64,000 nt of DNA from a virus, in IMG/VR virus record IMGVR_UViG_3300042731_009106, positions 1-64,000 of that record; one strand, given 5' to 3'. A program made the translations under genes and the position numbers. The notes below the pieces were generated by a model. The model was given only the letters and a program-made list of their open reading frames with translations, was not told the DNA's origin and made no database searches. Position 1 is the stretch's first letter. The number at the start of each line of letters is the position of its first letter. Positions 39,057 to 48,692 of the stretch are shown here, piece by piece.

Positions 39057-39990
39057 TGTTGTTATAGCTGGTAGCAATGGCATGGTAGGCTCCGCAGTCT
39101 ACCGTACTTTATTATCTAGCGACAAATACTTTCCAGTTGAATTAAACAGACATATAGCAGACATCACTCAACCTTTTGATGTTAAAAATTTTTTAAGACT
39201 TACATCACCTGATATTATTATTAATTGCGCAGCTAAGGTTGGAGGCATTAATGCTAACAATACATATCCAGCAGATTTCATTAGAGATAATTTAAAAATT
39301 AATATTAATTTAATTGATGCTGCTTATGAGTATGGAGTCGAAAGATTTATTAATCTTGGCAGTTCTTGTATTTACCCAAGAGATGCATCACAACCCTTAA
39401 AAGAAAATAGTCTATTAAGTGGACCTTTAGAAAAAACAAATGATGCTTATGCTTTAGCTAAAATAGCTGGACTGGAAATGTGTAGGCACTATCGCAATCA
39501 GTATGGAGTTTACTATCATTCTCTCATGCCAACTAATTTGTATGGAGACAATGACAATTATCATTTAAAAGATTCTCATGTTTTACCAGCTCTTATCAGG
39601 AAAATACATGAAGCCAAGGTTTCCGGCATGAGCGCTGTACAAATGTGGGGAACAGGCGAAGCCAAGAGGGAGTTCCTTCATGCTAATGATGTTGCTGATG
39701 CAATTATTTTCTTGCTTGACCAAAAAGATTTGCCTGACATTATTAATATTGGCACAGGCTCTGATTTAAAAATTTCAGAGTTGGCTAACTTGATTAAAAA
39801 TATTATAGGTTTTCAAGGAGATTTTATCTATAATACAGATATGCCTGACGGTACACCAGTAAAAAGGCTAGACATGTCTATAATGAATAGTTTAGGCTGG
39901 AAACCGAAAATAGATTTAAAAACAGGTTTAAAGTTAGCTTATAAAGACTATCTTAAAAGGTTAGAAAACAAGACCCTTAGGGGGCTCTAA
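39040..39990 (+). CDS. fcl: GDP-L-fucose synthase
   Basis: AGSNGMVGSA; AAKVGGINANN.YPADFI; LGSSCIYP; LE.TN.AYA.AKIAG; MPTNLYG..DNY; HVLPALI; WGTG.A.REF. Confidence 0.95.
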   Translation: MKKKLNVVIAGSNGMVGSAVYRTLLSSDKYFPVELNRHIADITQPFDVKNFLRLTSPDIIINCAAKVGGINANNTYPADFIRDNLKININLIDAAYEYGVERFINLGSSCIYPRDASQPLKENSLLSGPLEKTNDAYALAKIAGLEMCRHYRNQYGVYYHSLMPTNLYGDNDNYHLKDSHVLPALIRKIHEAKVSGMSAVQMWGTGEAKREFLHANDVADAIIFLLDQKDLPDIINIGTGSDLKISELANLIKNIIGFQGDFIYNTDMPDGTPVKRLDMSIMNSLGWKPKIDLKTGLKLAYKDYLKRLENKTLRGL

Positions 39991-40007
39991 TTGGCACAGT
40001 TGTTGCA
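39991..40007 (+). promoter_or_regulatory. sigma54 (-24/-12) promoter upstream of hsp20
   Basis: TTGGCACAGTTGTTGCA = TGGCAC-N5-TTGCA, with GG and GC exactly 10 nt apart. Confidence 0.75.
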
Positions 40008-40086
40008 ATTAATATATTGAAGCATCATTAAAAATGCTTTATGAGTGACAATGTGACTCATTTAACCCTTAATCAATATATATATT

Positions 40087-40479
40087 ATGACAACATTACT
40101 CTTCAATAAATACCAAAGAGCGCCATTCCATTCTTTTTTAGATGATGTTCTTGAGAGCTCTAACTCTAAAGCTAACATTGTAGATCATCCTGATAAGATA
40201 GAGATCATTGCAGAAATTCCCGGATTTTCTAAAGATGAAGTTTCTATAGATCTAAAAGAAAATGTTCTTTCAATCAAGACGAAAGAATCTAAAACTACGA
40301 AAACAGAAGACTCAAAGTATATTCTACAAGAGTTAAGTGATCCAAAATTTAATAGATCTTTTAAACTTAGTGACAATTTTGATTTAAATAAAATTAAAGC
40401 TTCTTTTACTAACGGGTTACTGCATGTTGATGTATCAAAAAAGAAGCCAGAAAAACCAAAAAAAATAAAAATAGTATAA
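40087..40479 (+). CDS. hsp20: Small heat-shock protein (Hsp20 / alpha-crystallin domain)
   Basis: AEIPGFSKDEVSI...VLSI; FNRSFKL; IKASFTNGLLHV. Confidence 0.92.
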   Translation: MTTLLFNKYQRAPFHSFLDDVLESSNSKANIVDHPDKIEIIAEIPGFSKDEVSIDLKENVLSIKTKESKTTKTEDSKYILQELSDPKFNRSFKLSDNFDLNKIKASFTNGLLHVDVSKKKPEKPKKIKIV

Positions 40480-40487
40480 CCATAAAC

Positions 40488-40510
40488 AGCCCTCTTAGGA
40501 GGGCTTTTTT
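40488..40510 (+). terminator. Intrinsic terminator after hsp20
   Basis: AGCCCTC-TTAG-GAGGGCT followed by TTTTT. Confidence 0.88.
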
Positions 40511-40516
40511 GTGTAT
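40511..40516 (+). promoter_or_regulatory. GTGTAW motif directly after the terminator
   Basis: GTGTAT; 9 nt between GTGTA and GTG 40525. Confidence 0.65.
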
Positions 40517-40524
40517 TAATAGTT

Positions 40525-40770
40525 GTGAATCGCAAGAAAACTTTAGACGATTATCGTAAGAACGCTCCTGAGATCCCAACAAATACATGTCCATACATTG
40601 ATTTTGTTCAAGAGATTCTAAAAGAAGTTATAGATGAAAATGAGTCTACGCTCATAGAACAAAAATTGAATTTAGCGGATTCTATGTTAGAATATATCAG
40701 GCAAAGCAATGAATCCTTAAGGCAAAGTTCTCATTATTGGTATACTAAATTTAAGACTAAGGTAAAATAA
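40525..40770 (+). CDS. Hypothetical phage protein (81 aa)
   Basis: CPYID...LEYIRQSNESLR helical pattern; preceded by GTGTAW. Confidence 0.7.
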   Translation: MNRKKTLDDYRKNAPEIPTNTCPYIDFVQEILKEVIDENESTLIEQKLNLADSMLEYIRQSNESLRQSSHYWYTKFKTKVK

Positions 40771-40773
40771 TTT

Positions 40774-41769
40774 ATGAATAATTCTTTGGGCATAGTGTGT
40801 TGTTACTTTAACCCAATTAATTATCAATCAAAATACAATAATTTTATAAAATTTTACGACTCTTTAAACTCATATCATAAAGATATATTAGTTATAGAGC
40901 TAAAGCACCCATCAACATCATTATCATTACCTAGTCATATCAACTCCCATATAGTTTACTCTGACCAAATTTTATGGCACAAAGAAAATCTTTTAAATAT
41001 TGGCATCAAAAAATTAATAGATAAAGGCTACGAAAACATAGCATGGTTAGATGGAGATATAATCTTTGATGATTCGTATTGGGTAGAAGATTGCATTGAG
41101 AGTTTAAGGCATTATAATTTGTGTCAACTTTTTTCAAGAGTATATCAATCAAACAAAAACCAACCAAACTTCAACCAAGGTTGTGTTCGCTACTGGAGGT
41201 CTACAGGAAACATCATACCAATTAGCGGAACATATCATACTGGTTTTGCTTGGGCGGCTAAATCCTCCATACTTAAAGAATGCTTACTATATGACAAGGG
41301 TCTATTAGGTGGAGCTGACAGCTTAATGTGGCTAGCTTCTTTTTATAATAGTGAATTAAGCTGGTTTGAAATCTTTAAACACCATCCACTATCTCGTGTT
41401 TTAGAAACAGATTTCTTAGATAATTTTTATGAATGGGCAATGCGCTGGTCTCAAGTAGTAAAATCTAATGTCGGTCATGTTTTTTGCCCAATAGTTAGCT
41501 TATCTCACGGCGCTACTCAAAATAGAAAATATATATCTAGATATAAGGGATTAATTGAATCAGGATATAATCCAAATAAAGATATTTATTATAAAAATGG
41601 AGTTATTCACACAACCAACCAAACTCTTCATTTAAAATCAATAGAATATTTTCAATCTAGAAAAGAAGACAAAAAAACAATAACAGAAAAAATATCAAAC
41701 AAGATAGAAGAATTTAATAATAAAAATTTACTAGATAAATTAGATTCAGATTTCTTAAATAAATATTAA
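40774..41769 (+). CDS. GT-A-like glycosyltransferase
   Basis: WHKENLLNIG; AWLDGDI; GFAWA; GGADS. Confidence 0.65.
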   Translation: MNNSLGIVCCYFNPINYQSKYNNFIKFYDSLNSYHKDILVIELKHPSTSLSLPSHINSHIVYSDQILWHKENLLNIGIKKLIDKGYENIAWLDGDIIFDDSYWVEDCIESLRHYNLCQLFSRVYQSNKNQPNFNQGCVRYWRSTGNIIPISGTYHTGFAWAAKSSILKECLLYDKGLLGGADSLMWLASFYNSELSWFEIFKHHPLSRVLETDFLDNFYEWAMRWSQVVKSNVGHVFCPIVSLSHGATQNRKYISRYKGLIESGYNPNKDIYYKNGVIHTTNQTLHLKSIEYFQSRKEDKKTITEKISNKIEEFNNKNLLDKLDSDFLNKY

Positions 41770-41957
41770 TATAGGCAACTTGTTTCCTTAGAAGGTTTAC
41801 CCCAAACCCATAATTTATTGATTTTAGTTCTACCTCTCTTAATTATCACAGCATGTAAAACATTGAAGAATGTTTTCTGGGCATAGTATATTAATGCATA
41901 TATACCTATGCACTCCCTCAAAACACTTTGAGAAATCATTGCTACTCTAGCCGACAT
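41766..41957 (-). CDS. Small hypothetical protein (63 aa)
   Basis: GTGTAW motif 10 nt upstream on the same strand supports expression. Confidence 0.55.
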   Translation of the reverse strand: MSARVAMISQSVLRECIGIYALIYYAQKTFFNVLHAVIIKRGRTKINKLWVWGKPSKETSCLY

Positions 41958-41966
41958 TATAATCTA

Positions 41967-41972
41967 TTACAC
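41967..41972 (-). promoter_or_regulatory. GTGTAW motif (minus strand)
   Basis: TTACAC on the plus strand; 10 nt between GTGTA and ATG 41957. Confidence 0.6.
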
Positions 41973-42010
41973 TTTTATAGAAAGAATACCACTAGATTAT
42001 AATATAATTT

Positions 42011-43726
42011 GTGAAATTATACAGTTATTATACACCTTCCCATGAGGTTTTCTTTAAAAATTTTCTTTTACCTACGGCAAAAAGAGAGTACGAATTAGTT
42101 TCACATGAAGAAAAGTATCAATTTTGCCCCTCTGCTAATTTTGAATCTAATGGCTGGAGAGAGACTCAGTATAATAAAGTTTTGTTTTGGATTGAGGCAA
42201 TTCAAGATAACATGGGTGAATTAATTTTATGCACAGATGCTGACATACAGTTCCTAGGTCCCACTAAATCTTTACTAAAGGCAACAATGGGAAGAAACGA
42301 CCTGCTGTTTCAAAAAAATAATGTTTCAGGACATATATGTTCAGGTTTTTTTGTATGTAGATGTTCTTATAAAACCTTGAATATTTTTGAAATTATCGCA
42401 AAACGACTTAAGTCTATAATGCATATTGATGGAGGTGGAGAGCAGTATGTAATGCAAGATTTATTTAAAGAAGGTTGGCATGGCCTCAAGATTGGCATGC
42501 TTGATAGATCTAAATTTTGGTGCCCCGGCAAGACCTATGAGGACACTTCTTCCCTAAATATACCTTCTGAAATTTTGATGCATCATGCAAACTGGACGGT
42601 CGGCATTGATAATAAAATCAAACAACTAGAACATGTTAAAAGCTTTATTCTACAAAATTCATCTCCATACCAACCCCTTCACCTTAAAAGCAATGAGCTT
42701 GACAAGAACAACCTCAAAATAGCAATGTGCCTTTCTTCTTTATTAAGAGATTTTGATGTGTTTTCAATTTCTCTGGTATGTAGAGTTTTAAAATCTTTAC
42801 CAGTTAAACCTGATCTAATCTGCCATTTTCCGAAATGCTCAAATAGCAAATTTAATAAGAATATTATTGATTCATTATCTCCTTATGTTAATGATTTTTT
42901 TATTGAGTTCGAAGATGATCCTGCATTACCTGATTCACACTTATCTATGTCGAATAACATGGCTTTTCAGCGTAGTGGAATAAAAGGCAATTTACTTCAA
43001 TGGCATTCTCTTAAAAAATGTTCTATAATTCTAAAAAATGCGCACGAAAAAAAAGATTACAATTGGGTTATTTGGTCTAGACCAGATTTATATTTCTTTA
43101 ATAATTTAGATAATATCCCAAACTTAGATAATAGATACTATTACACCTCTGCCCACGACAACCATTTACAGGGAATAAACGATAGGTTTTGCTTGGGAAA
43201 TTTTCAAGACGTTTACAATAGAATGAATATATATGATTATTTTGTGAAGGAGTGGTATCCAAAATATCACAATAATAAAAGATACCTTACCTTTAACAAG
43301 TCTACAGATTCTCACTGCTGGAATCCAGAGCTTGTGCTTAAACATTTTTTAACGAAAAAATTAAAATTAAAAACCAAAAAGTTAGACCTATGCTTTGGTA
43401 AAATCAGGAACAAGTTTTATGTAACAGCTCCCTTTTGGCATTCTTTATATTCTACACGTTTAAGTTCGTCCGAATGTAAGGATGACATTGTTAATCATTA
43501 TGTGTTAGATATTATTGATAAATTACCTCAGTTCAAGCAGTATGAAGAATCTCCTTGGCCTTTAGTTAAAATTCTAGATGATACAATAATGTTCAACCAC
43601 CCTGATCGAATTAAAGAAAACTTTCACAACATTCCAATAGATTCAGAAACTACATTCTATACAAAAAAAGGTTTCATCAATAGCTTATTAACAAAGCTTC
43701 AATTAAAGTCAATGAGCATAAAATGA
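42011..43726 (+). CDS. Two-domain putative glycosyltransferase (GT77-like N-domain plus a WSRPDL-type domain)
   Basis: TDADIQF...CSGFF..EQ..M..HHAN; C-part VIWSRPDL...INDRF. Confidence 0.7.
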   Translation: MKLYSYYTPSHEVFFKNFLLPTAKREYELVSHEEKYQFCPSANFESNGWRETQYNKVLFWIEAIQDNMGELILCTDADIQFLGPTKSLLKATMGRNDLLFQKNNVSGHICSGFFVCRCSYKTLNIFEIIAKRLKSIMHIDGGGEQYVMQDLFKEGWHGLKIGMLDRSKFWCPGKTYEDTSSLNIPSEILMHHANWTVGIDNKIKQLEHVKSFILQNSSPYQPLHLKSNELDKNNLKIAMCLSSLLRDFDVFSISLVCRVLKSLPVKPDLICHFPKCSNSKFNKNIIDSLSPYVNDFFIEFEDDPALPDSHLSMSNNMAFQRSGIKGNLLQWHSLKKCSIILKNAHEKKDYNWVIWSRPDLYFFNNLDNIPNLDNRYYYTSAHDNHLQGINDRFCLGNFQDVYNRMNIYDYFVKEWYPKYHNNKRYLTFNKSTDSHCWNPELVLKHFLTKKLKLKTKKLDLCFGKIRNKFYVTAPFWHSLYSTRLSSSECKDDIVNHYVLDIIDKLPQFKQYEESPWPLVKILDDTIMFNHPDRIKENFHNIPIDSETTFYTKKGFINSLLTKLQLKSMSIK

Positions 43727-44811
43727 ATTTAGATACTTTTATAGAAAATAAATTCCCTAAGTTTCGTCAGTATTTTAATACTGATCATAATTTTTCCATT
43801 GATTATTTTTTTAATCAAGAACCTAATAGCTCTTTTACTAAAATACCCAAAACTATAGACATTAGTATTCATAGTTCCATTGAAGATTATATTAGTAAAA
43901 TTAAAACTTATTCTCCTCCTAATTATTATGTAGCAAATACCAAAGATATTGAGGTTATAGCTATGAATGATGTAGGCTCTGTTAATGTTGTTGGCAACAA
44001 TAATATAGTTTTTTCTGATGTATCAACCAGATATGAATTTGATAATTTTTCATACAAAAGAGATTATTACTTTACAGGCAATAATGTTTTATTGTCTTTG
44101 GATTCTGGGTCTAACTACTTTCATTGGGTGTGTCAAATTTTACCAAGAATTAAGCTTCTAGAAGAAAGTGGATTAAAATGGTCTAAGGTTAATAAAATAT
44201 TAATACCTGAAATTAGAGGCCGCTTTGTAAAAGAAAGCTTAAGGACATTAAATGTTCCTATGGATAAATTGGTTGAACAAAAATCTGGATGCAAATATAA
44301 GTTTGAAAATTTATATATTCCCTCAAAGCCAAACAATCATATACACTTATCTAAATGGTCCATAGATTTTCTAAGGGAAACCTTTATACAAAAATCAAAT
44401 CAATCTAAATTACCTAAAAAGATTTTTATCTCCAGAAAAGAAAAATCAGGAAGGCACATTAATAATGAAAAACCTGTTGAAAAGGTTTTAAAAAATTTTG
44501 GCTTCCAAAAGTTCATCTTAGATGACATGTCTATTTTTGATCAAGCTATCTTATTTAATAATGCCTCTCATATCATTACTTCACATGGTGCAAGTTTAGC
44601 TAATTTAGTTTTCTGCAATCAAAACACTAAAGTTTTTGAACTATTTAATCCAAATTATTTCCATGCATTATATTGGTCTATTTGCAATAATCTAGATTTA
44701 GATTATTATTATATGATATGTGAATCACCAGATTCTCAAAATCATAAAAATGCCTCTTTAAAAATCAACTTAAATGATTTAAAAAACATACTTAATCATG
44801 CTAATCAATAA
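43723..44811 (+). CDS. GT61 (DUF563) glycosyltransferase
   Basis: NYFHW; KIFISR; RHINNE; DQAILFNNA..II.SHGASLANLVFC; VFELF. Confidence 0.85.
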   Translation: MNLDTFIENKFPKFRQYFNTDHNFSIDYFFNQEPNSSFTKIPKTIDISIHSSIEDYISKIKTYSPPNYYVANTKDIEVIAMNDVGSVNVVGNNNIVFSDVSTRYEFDNFSYKRDYYFTGNNVLLSLDSGSNYFHWVCQILPRIKLLEESGLKWSKVNKILIPEIRGRFVKESLRTLNVPMDKLVEQKSGCKYKFENLYIPSKPNNHIHLSKWSIDFLRETFIQKSNQSKLPKKIFISRKEKSGRHINNEKPVEKVLKNFGFQKFILDDMSIFDQAILFNNASHIITSHGASLANLVFCNQNTKVFELFNPNYFHALYWSICNNLDLDYYYMICESPDSQNHKNASLKINLNDLKNILNHANQ

Positions 44812-45856
44812 AAAAAATTTCTTCAATAAAAGTGAAGCTTTAGGGCTTAATGATGATTTCGGTAATTTCAATATATCTCCAACGAAATCTAATCCATCTG
44901 GTAAAATTAATCTATCCAAGCAGCCAGCACTTTCAACTCATAGAGGTGGATGGAAATCTGTCGTAAACAAGATGATAGACACAGTTCATAACGAGTCTGG
45001 TCTCCCATTTTACTCTTTCTTAGAACACCCCTTTCAGTGGTTTCGTCACGAGCACGAAACTAACAAAATTATTCCATTTAAAAAACCTTGGTCAGGCATT
45101 TTACACAACCCACATAATATACCAGACTGGTATTCACTACCTAACCATTTGCATGAAGACGATTTATTTTTACAGAGCCTTAATGCATGCAAAGGTCTTT
45201 TTACAATGTCAGAATATCATGCTAAATTTTTAAGGTCAAAACTTCCTAACACAATTAAAATTGAAACCATCCTACACCCTTATGACGATGAAGAAGTTAA
45301 GCAGTTCGCTTTTTATAAATACAGAAAAAACAAGCAAATAGTTAATATTGGTTATTGGCTAAGAAGACAAACTTCATTTTTCAATTTAATAGCACCCAAA
45401 CATACTAAAATTAAATTGTGGCCATATAAAAAAAATAGCTTTTCTTACTCTTTTGTTTTAAGAAAGCTGTACTTAGAATCAGAAAGACTATCTAGCCCTT
45501 TTAGATTTAATAGTTTAAAGCATTTGCATCAGATTAACGATAAAAAGTATGATGATCTCTTGTCTACTTCTATAGTTTTTTTGGACCTTTTTGATACTAG
45601 CGCGAACAATGCCATACTTGAATGTATTCAGAGGGCCACTCCAATATTGTGTTCAAAGTGCGACGCTGCCGTAGAATACCTAGGGGAAGATTATCCTTTA
45701 TTTTTTAATGGGCTTTCTCAAGTTCCAGATCTTCTTAATGAAGAGATTTTATATAATGCTCATTTATACCTTATAGATATACAAAAAAAAGAAACTTTAA
45801 CTTTAGATACATACATCAAAAACCTAAAAAGTAGCTTACTGTATAATATATTTTAG
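44798..45856 (+). CDS. Putative GT-B-like protein
   Basis: HRGGW; GILHNP; IGYWLRR; ANNAILECIQRATPIL. Confidence 0.45.
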   Translation: MLINKKNFFNKSEALGLNDDFGNFNISPTKSNPSGKINLSKQPALSTHRGGWKSVVNKMIDTVHNESGLPFYSFLEHPFQWFRHEHETNKIIPFKKPWSGILHNPHNIPDWYSLPNHLHEDDLFLQSLNACKGLFTMSEYHAKFLRSKLPNTIKIETILHPYDDEEVKQFAFYKYRKNKQIVNIGYWLRRQTSFFNLIAPKHTKIKLWPYKKNSFSYSFVLRKLYLESERLSSPFRFNSLKHLHQINDKKYDDLLSTSIVFLDLFDTSANNAILECIQRATPILCSKCDAAVEYLGEDYPLFFNGLSQVPDLLNEEILYNAHLYLIDIQKKETLTLDTYIKNLKSSLLYNIF

Positions 45857-45857
45857 C

Positions 45858-46610
45858 ATGAAAGATTTTACTATTGTCATTCCGGTATCTAGTAAACCTA
45901 AGGATATTTTTTTATTCAAAAATATTCTTTACCCAACCTTACAAAAACTTGAATGCGAAATAGTTATAGTGTCAAATGAACCCTTTGGTACAGTTAAAGA
46001 TTCAAACTTCCAAAGGGAAGGTTGTATGGACAGTTGGAGATTCCAGCAGTGCATTAAATTAGATGTTTCTAAAATGATTAAAACAGAATGGTATTTATGC
46101 CTAGATTCAGATTGTTTCCTTACTGGTTTTAGTAGTTTTTTTTACAATAATAAGCCTAAACTTAATATCGAAAAAACACCTCAAATGTCAATAGGTAGTC
46201 ATGCAGAATGGTGGATACAAGCCTCTATTTTTTTAAAACTTCCTGTACCCTCAACTTGGTGCGGAGTAACCCCAATGTTTTTACATACTAAAACAGTTAA
46301 ATCCATGCTTAAAAAATATAGCTACAATAAACTAAAGCATTTCATTAATATTGGTGCAACTGAATACAGTTTATACTGGACTTATTTTTGTAGTATCCAT
46401 AACGACTATCGAGATTATTATTGCAGCAAACCATTATCTTTTGGTGTCTATGATAAATCTTTTGGTGAAATTGATTCTTCTTTGGCTGATTTAACTAAAG
46501 CTTTTGCACCTTGCAAAACAGTTCCTATCGGATTAATTCAATCAACTTTAAACTATAATGGGAAAAGCTTAGCCTCCTTACTGCCTAAATTATGGAAAAC
46601 AGTGAATTAA
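45858..46610 (+). CDS. DUF6492-like GT-A protein, paralog of the next gene
   Basis: WRFQQCIKL; WYLCLDSD; GVTPM; ATEYSLYW. Confidence 0.65.
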   Translation: MKDFTIVIPVSSKPKDIFLFKNILYPTLQKLECEIVIVSNEPFGTVKDSNFQREGCMDSWRFQQCIKLDVSKMIKTEWYLCLDSDCFLTGFSSFFYNNKPKLNIEKTPQMSIGSHAEWWIQASIFLKLPVPSTWCGVTPMFLHTKTVKSMLKKYSYNKLKHFINIGATEYSLYWTYFCSIHNDYRDYYCSKPLSFGVYDKSFGEIDSSLADLTKAFAPCKTVPIGLIQSTLNYNGKSLASLLPKLWKTVN

Positions 46611-47344
46611 TTACAATAGTCGTTCCAGTCAAGGGCAATGATGATGCATTGCGCTACTCTTTAATACTAGAACCCTGCTTAAAAAGACTTAATGCAGAAT
46701 TCATTGTTGTTACAGATGAAGATTTAGATAATAAATTTTCAGATTCTAATTTTGATTTATCAAAACTATCATCTGGATGGGTAAAGCAGCAGTATATTAA
46801 ACTTGCTATATCAAAATATATAAAAACACCATGGTATCTTTGTTTAGATTCAGATTGTTTTTTTACTAAATTTGAAAATGTAGATGATTTATTTTTATCT
46901 GAAGACAGGAACACTGCATTCTATAATGAAGAAACAGGATCTCACCCTGAATGGTGGAAATCATCAAGTAAATTTTTATCGCTACCAACCCCCAAAGAAC
47001 AATGCGGAGTAACCCCAATGATGTTAAAGACTTCTTTAAGTGAAAAGTTACTCTCTAATATAGGTCATAAAAATATTAAAAAGTTTTTAGAAAGAGGCGC
47101 TACAGAGTATACTCTTTATTGGACATACAATTCTCCCTATAATTATTATACTAAAAAGAATATTTCCTATGGAGTTTACCCACAGGCTGCTTCTTTTGAT
47201 TGTTTTGTGCAAAATCCTGATTGTTATGATAATATAAGTAATCAGCCTTGGCTCGACTACCCCATAGGTTTAATTCAATCAACAATGAAACATAATCCAT
47301 TTTTTTTAAAACAAGCTATTAATAAAATTCATGAAAATATTTGA
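46592..47344 (+). CDS. DUF6492-like GT-A protein, paralog of the previous gene
   Basis: GWVKQQYIKL; WYLCLDSD; GVTPM; ATEYTLYW. Confidence 0.65.
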   Translation: MENSELITIVVPVKGNDDALRYSLILEPCLKRLNAEFIVVTDEDLDNKFSDSNFDLSKLSSGWVKQQYIKLAISKYIKTPWYLCLDSDCFFTKFENVDDLFLSEDRNTAFYNEETGSHPEWWKSSSKFLSLPTPKEQCGVTPMMLKTSLSEKLLSNIGHKNIKKFLERGATEYTLYWTYNSPYNYYTKKNISYGVYPQAASFDCFVQNPDCYDNISNQPWLDYPIGLIQSTMKHNPFFLKQAINKIHENI

Positions 47345-48692
47345 AAAAATCAAAAATTATTTTAAACCAAAAGATGATTACTGTATGTTTTACATACTAT
47401 CTTTATTGCGAAATGACAGACATACTTTCATACATAAAAATTTATCCATATATGATCAATTTGAATTATTTCAATCAGTTAATGGTTATAAAGAAGAAGA
47501 AACCTTAAAAGAATTAAAGGCATCTGGCTTAAAGTTTAGTAATCTTCATGACGCAAATTCTTTGCGGTATGGAGTTTTAGCTAATTTTTTGACAAAGTAT
47601 AAAATGCTTGAATTTCAAGTAGAGCACGAAATACCTTATATGTGTATGATTGAGGACGATGTGATTATTAATAATAAATTTGTAGATTTTATTTACCATC
47701 AAGCATTACATAGTTTCAAGAAAGATCCTAAGTTAAATATTATTAGATTAGGAACTTGGGGCGAAGGCTATATCACCTCTTTACCTTCTGCAAGAAGGAT
47801 ATTAAAATTAATCAGGCATAAAGGTATTTGCGAAAACATAGATAACCAATTACGAAAATACTGTGGTCCGGAAAAAAACATATCAAAACGTTGCTTTGAT
47901 GTAATTTACGGATTAGCTAGCAAACCTAATTCCGGCGATTGCTTAAACACTGATTTTATTGATTTATCAAAAATTGATCCATTTAACTTAAAAAATGCAG
48001 ATGTCAAAAATTATTGCAAATACCATGATAAAAAAATAATGTACTTTTCCCAAAACGGTACAGACAAATACCTGCAAGATCATTTATTTAAGGGGAAGGA
48101 AGAATGTTTTTTTGTTGATATAGGTGCAACTAATGGCATCAACTCCAATAATACACTAACCCTCGAAAGATGTTTTGACTGGAAGGGGTTATTAATTGAA
48201 CCTTCTTTAGAGTTTGAAAATCTTTTTACCCATAGAAGCAACAGGGGATTCAACAGAGTAAGAAGTCAGTTTCTTTCCCATTCAAGTGGTGATTCTATTA
48301 AATTCGGCCATTGTAAAAAAAGCTGTTTTGCATCTGAATCGAAACGGGTATATGGAGCAAGTGAAGACTTCCACACTTACAATTTGACTTCTGTAACATT
48401 CACAGATCTTTTCTTACAAGACTATAAACCAGATAAAGTCATAGATTTTCTTTCAATTAGTTCTAACGGAACAGAGTTAGACATATTAGAAGGTATAAAT
48501 TTTAGCCTTTTAAATATCAGATCTATTTTAGTAAAATCAGACTTAGAAGATCAAATCTCACAGCTATTACAAAAGAAAAATTTTATAAAAATAAAAAAAA
48601 TCAGCAGATACATATTATTCGTTAATTACGATTCCTTCGGTTATTTTGATATAGATAATTATGATTTTCCTAATTGGGAGAATTCGTGGTAG
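47331..48692 (+). CDS. GT25-like domain fused to an FkbM-like methyltransferase
   Basis: MIEDDV...GEGYITS...IDNQL; then YFSQNGTD..FFVDIGATNG...WKGLLIEP...IDFLSI. Confidence 0.7.
   Translation: MKIFEKIKNYFKPKDDYCMFYILSLLRNDRHTFIHKNLSIYDQFELFQSVNGYKEEETLKELKASGLKFSNLHDANSLRYGVLANFLTKYKMLEFQVEHEIPYMCMIEDDVIINNKFVDFIYHQALHSFKKDPKLNIIRLGTWGEGYITSLPSARRILKLIRHKGICENIDNQLRKYCGPEKNISKRCFDVIYGLASKPNSGDCLNTDFIDLSKIDPFNLKNADVKNYCKYHDKKIMYFSQNGTDKYLQDHLFKGKEECFFVDIGATNGINSNNTLTLERCFDWKGLLIEPSLEFENLFTHRSNRGFNRVRSQFLSHSSGDSIKFGHCKKSCFASESKRVYGASEDFHTYNLTSVTFTDLFLQDYKPDKVIDFLSISSNGTELDILEGINFSLLNIRSILVKSDLEDQISQLLQKKNFIKIKKISRYILFVNYDSFGYFDIDNYDFPNWENSW

Noticed and set aside
40011-40086. CIRCE/HrcA operator for hsp20
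   Set aside because: No TTAGCACTC-N9-GAGTGCTAA present
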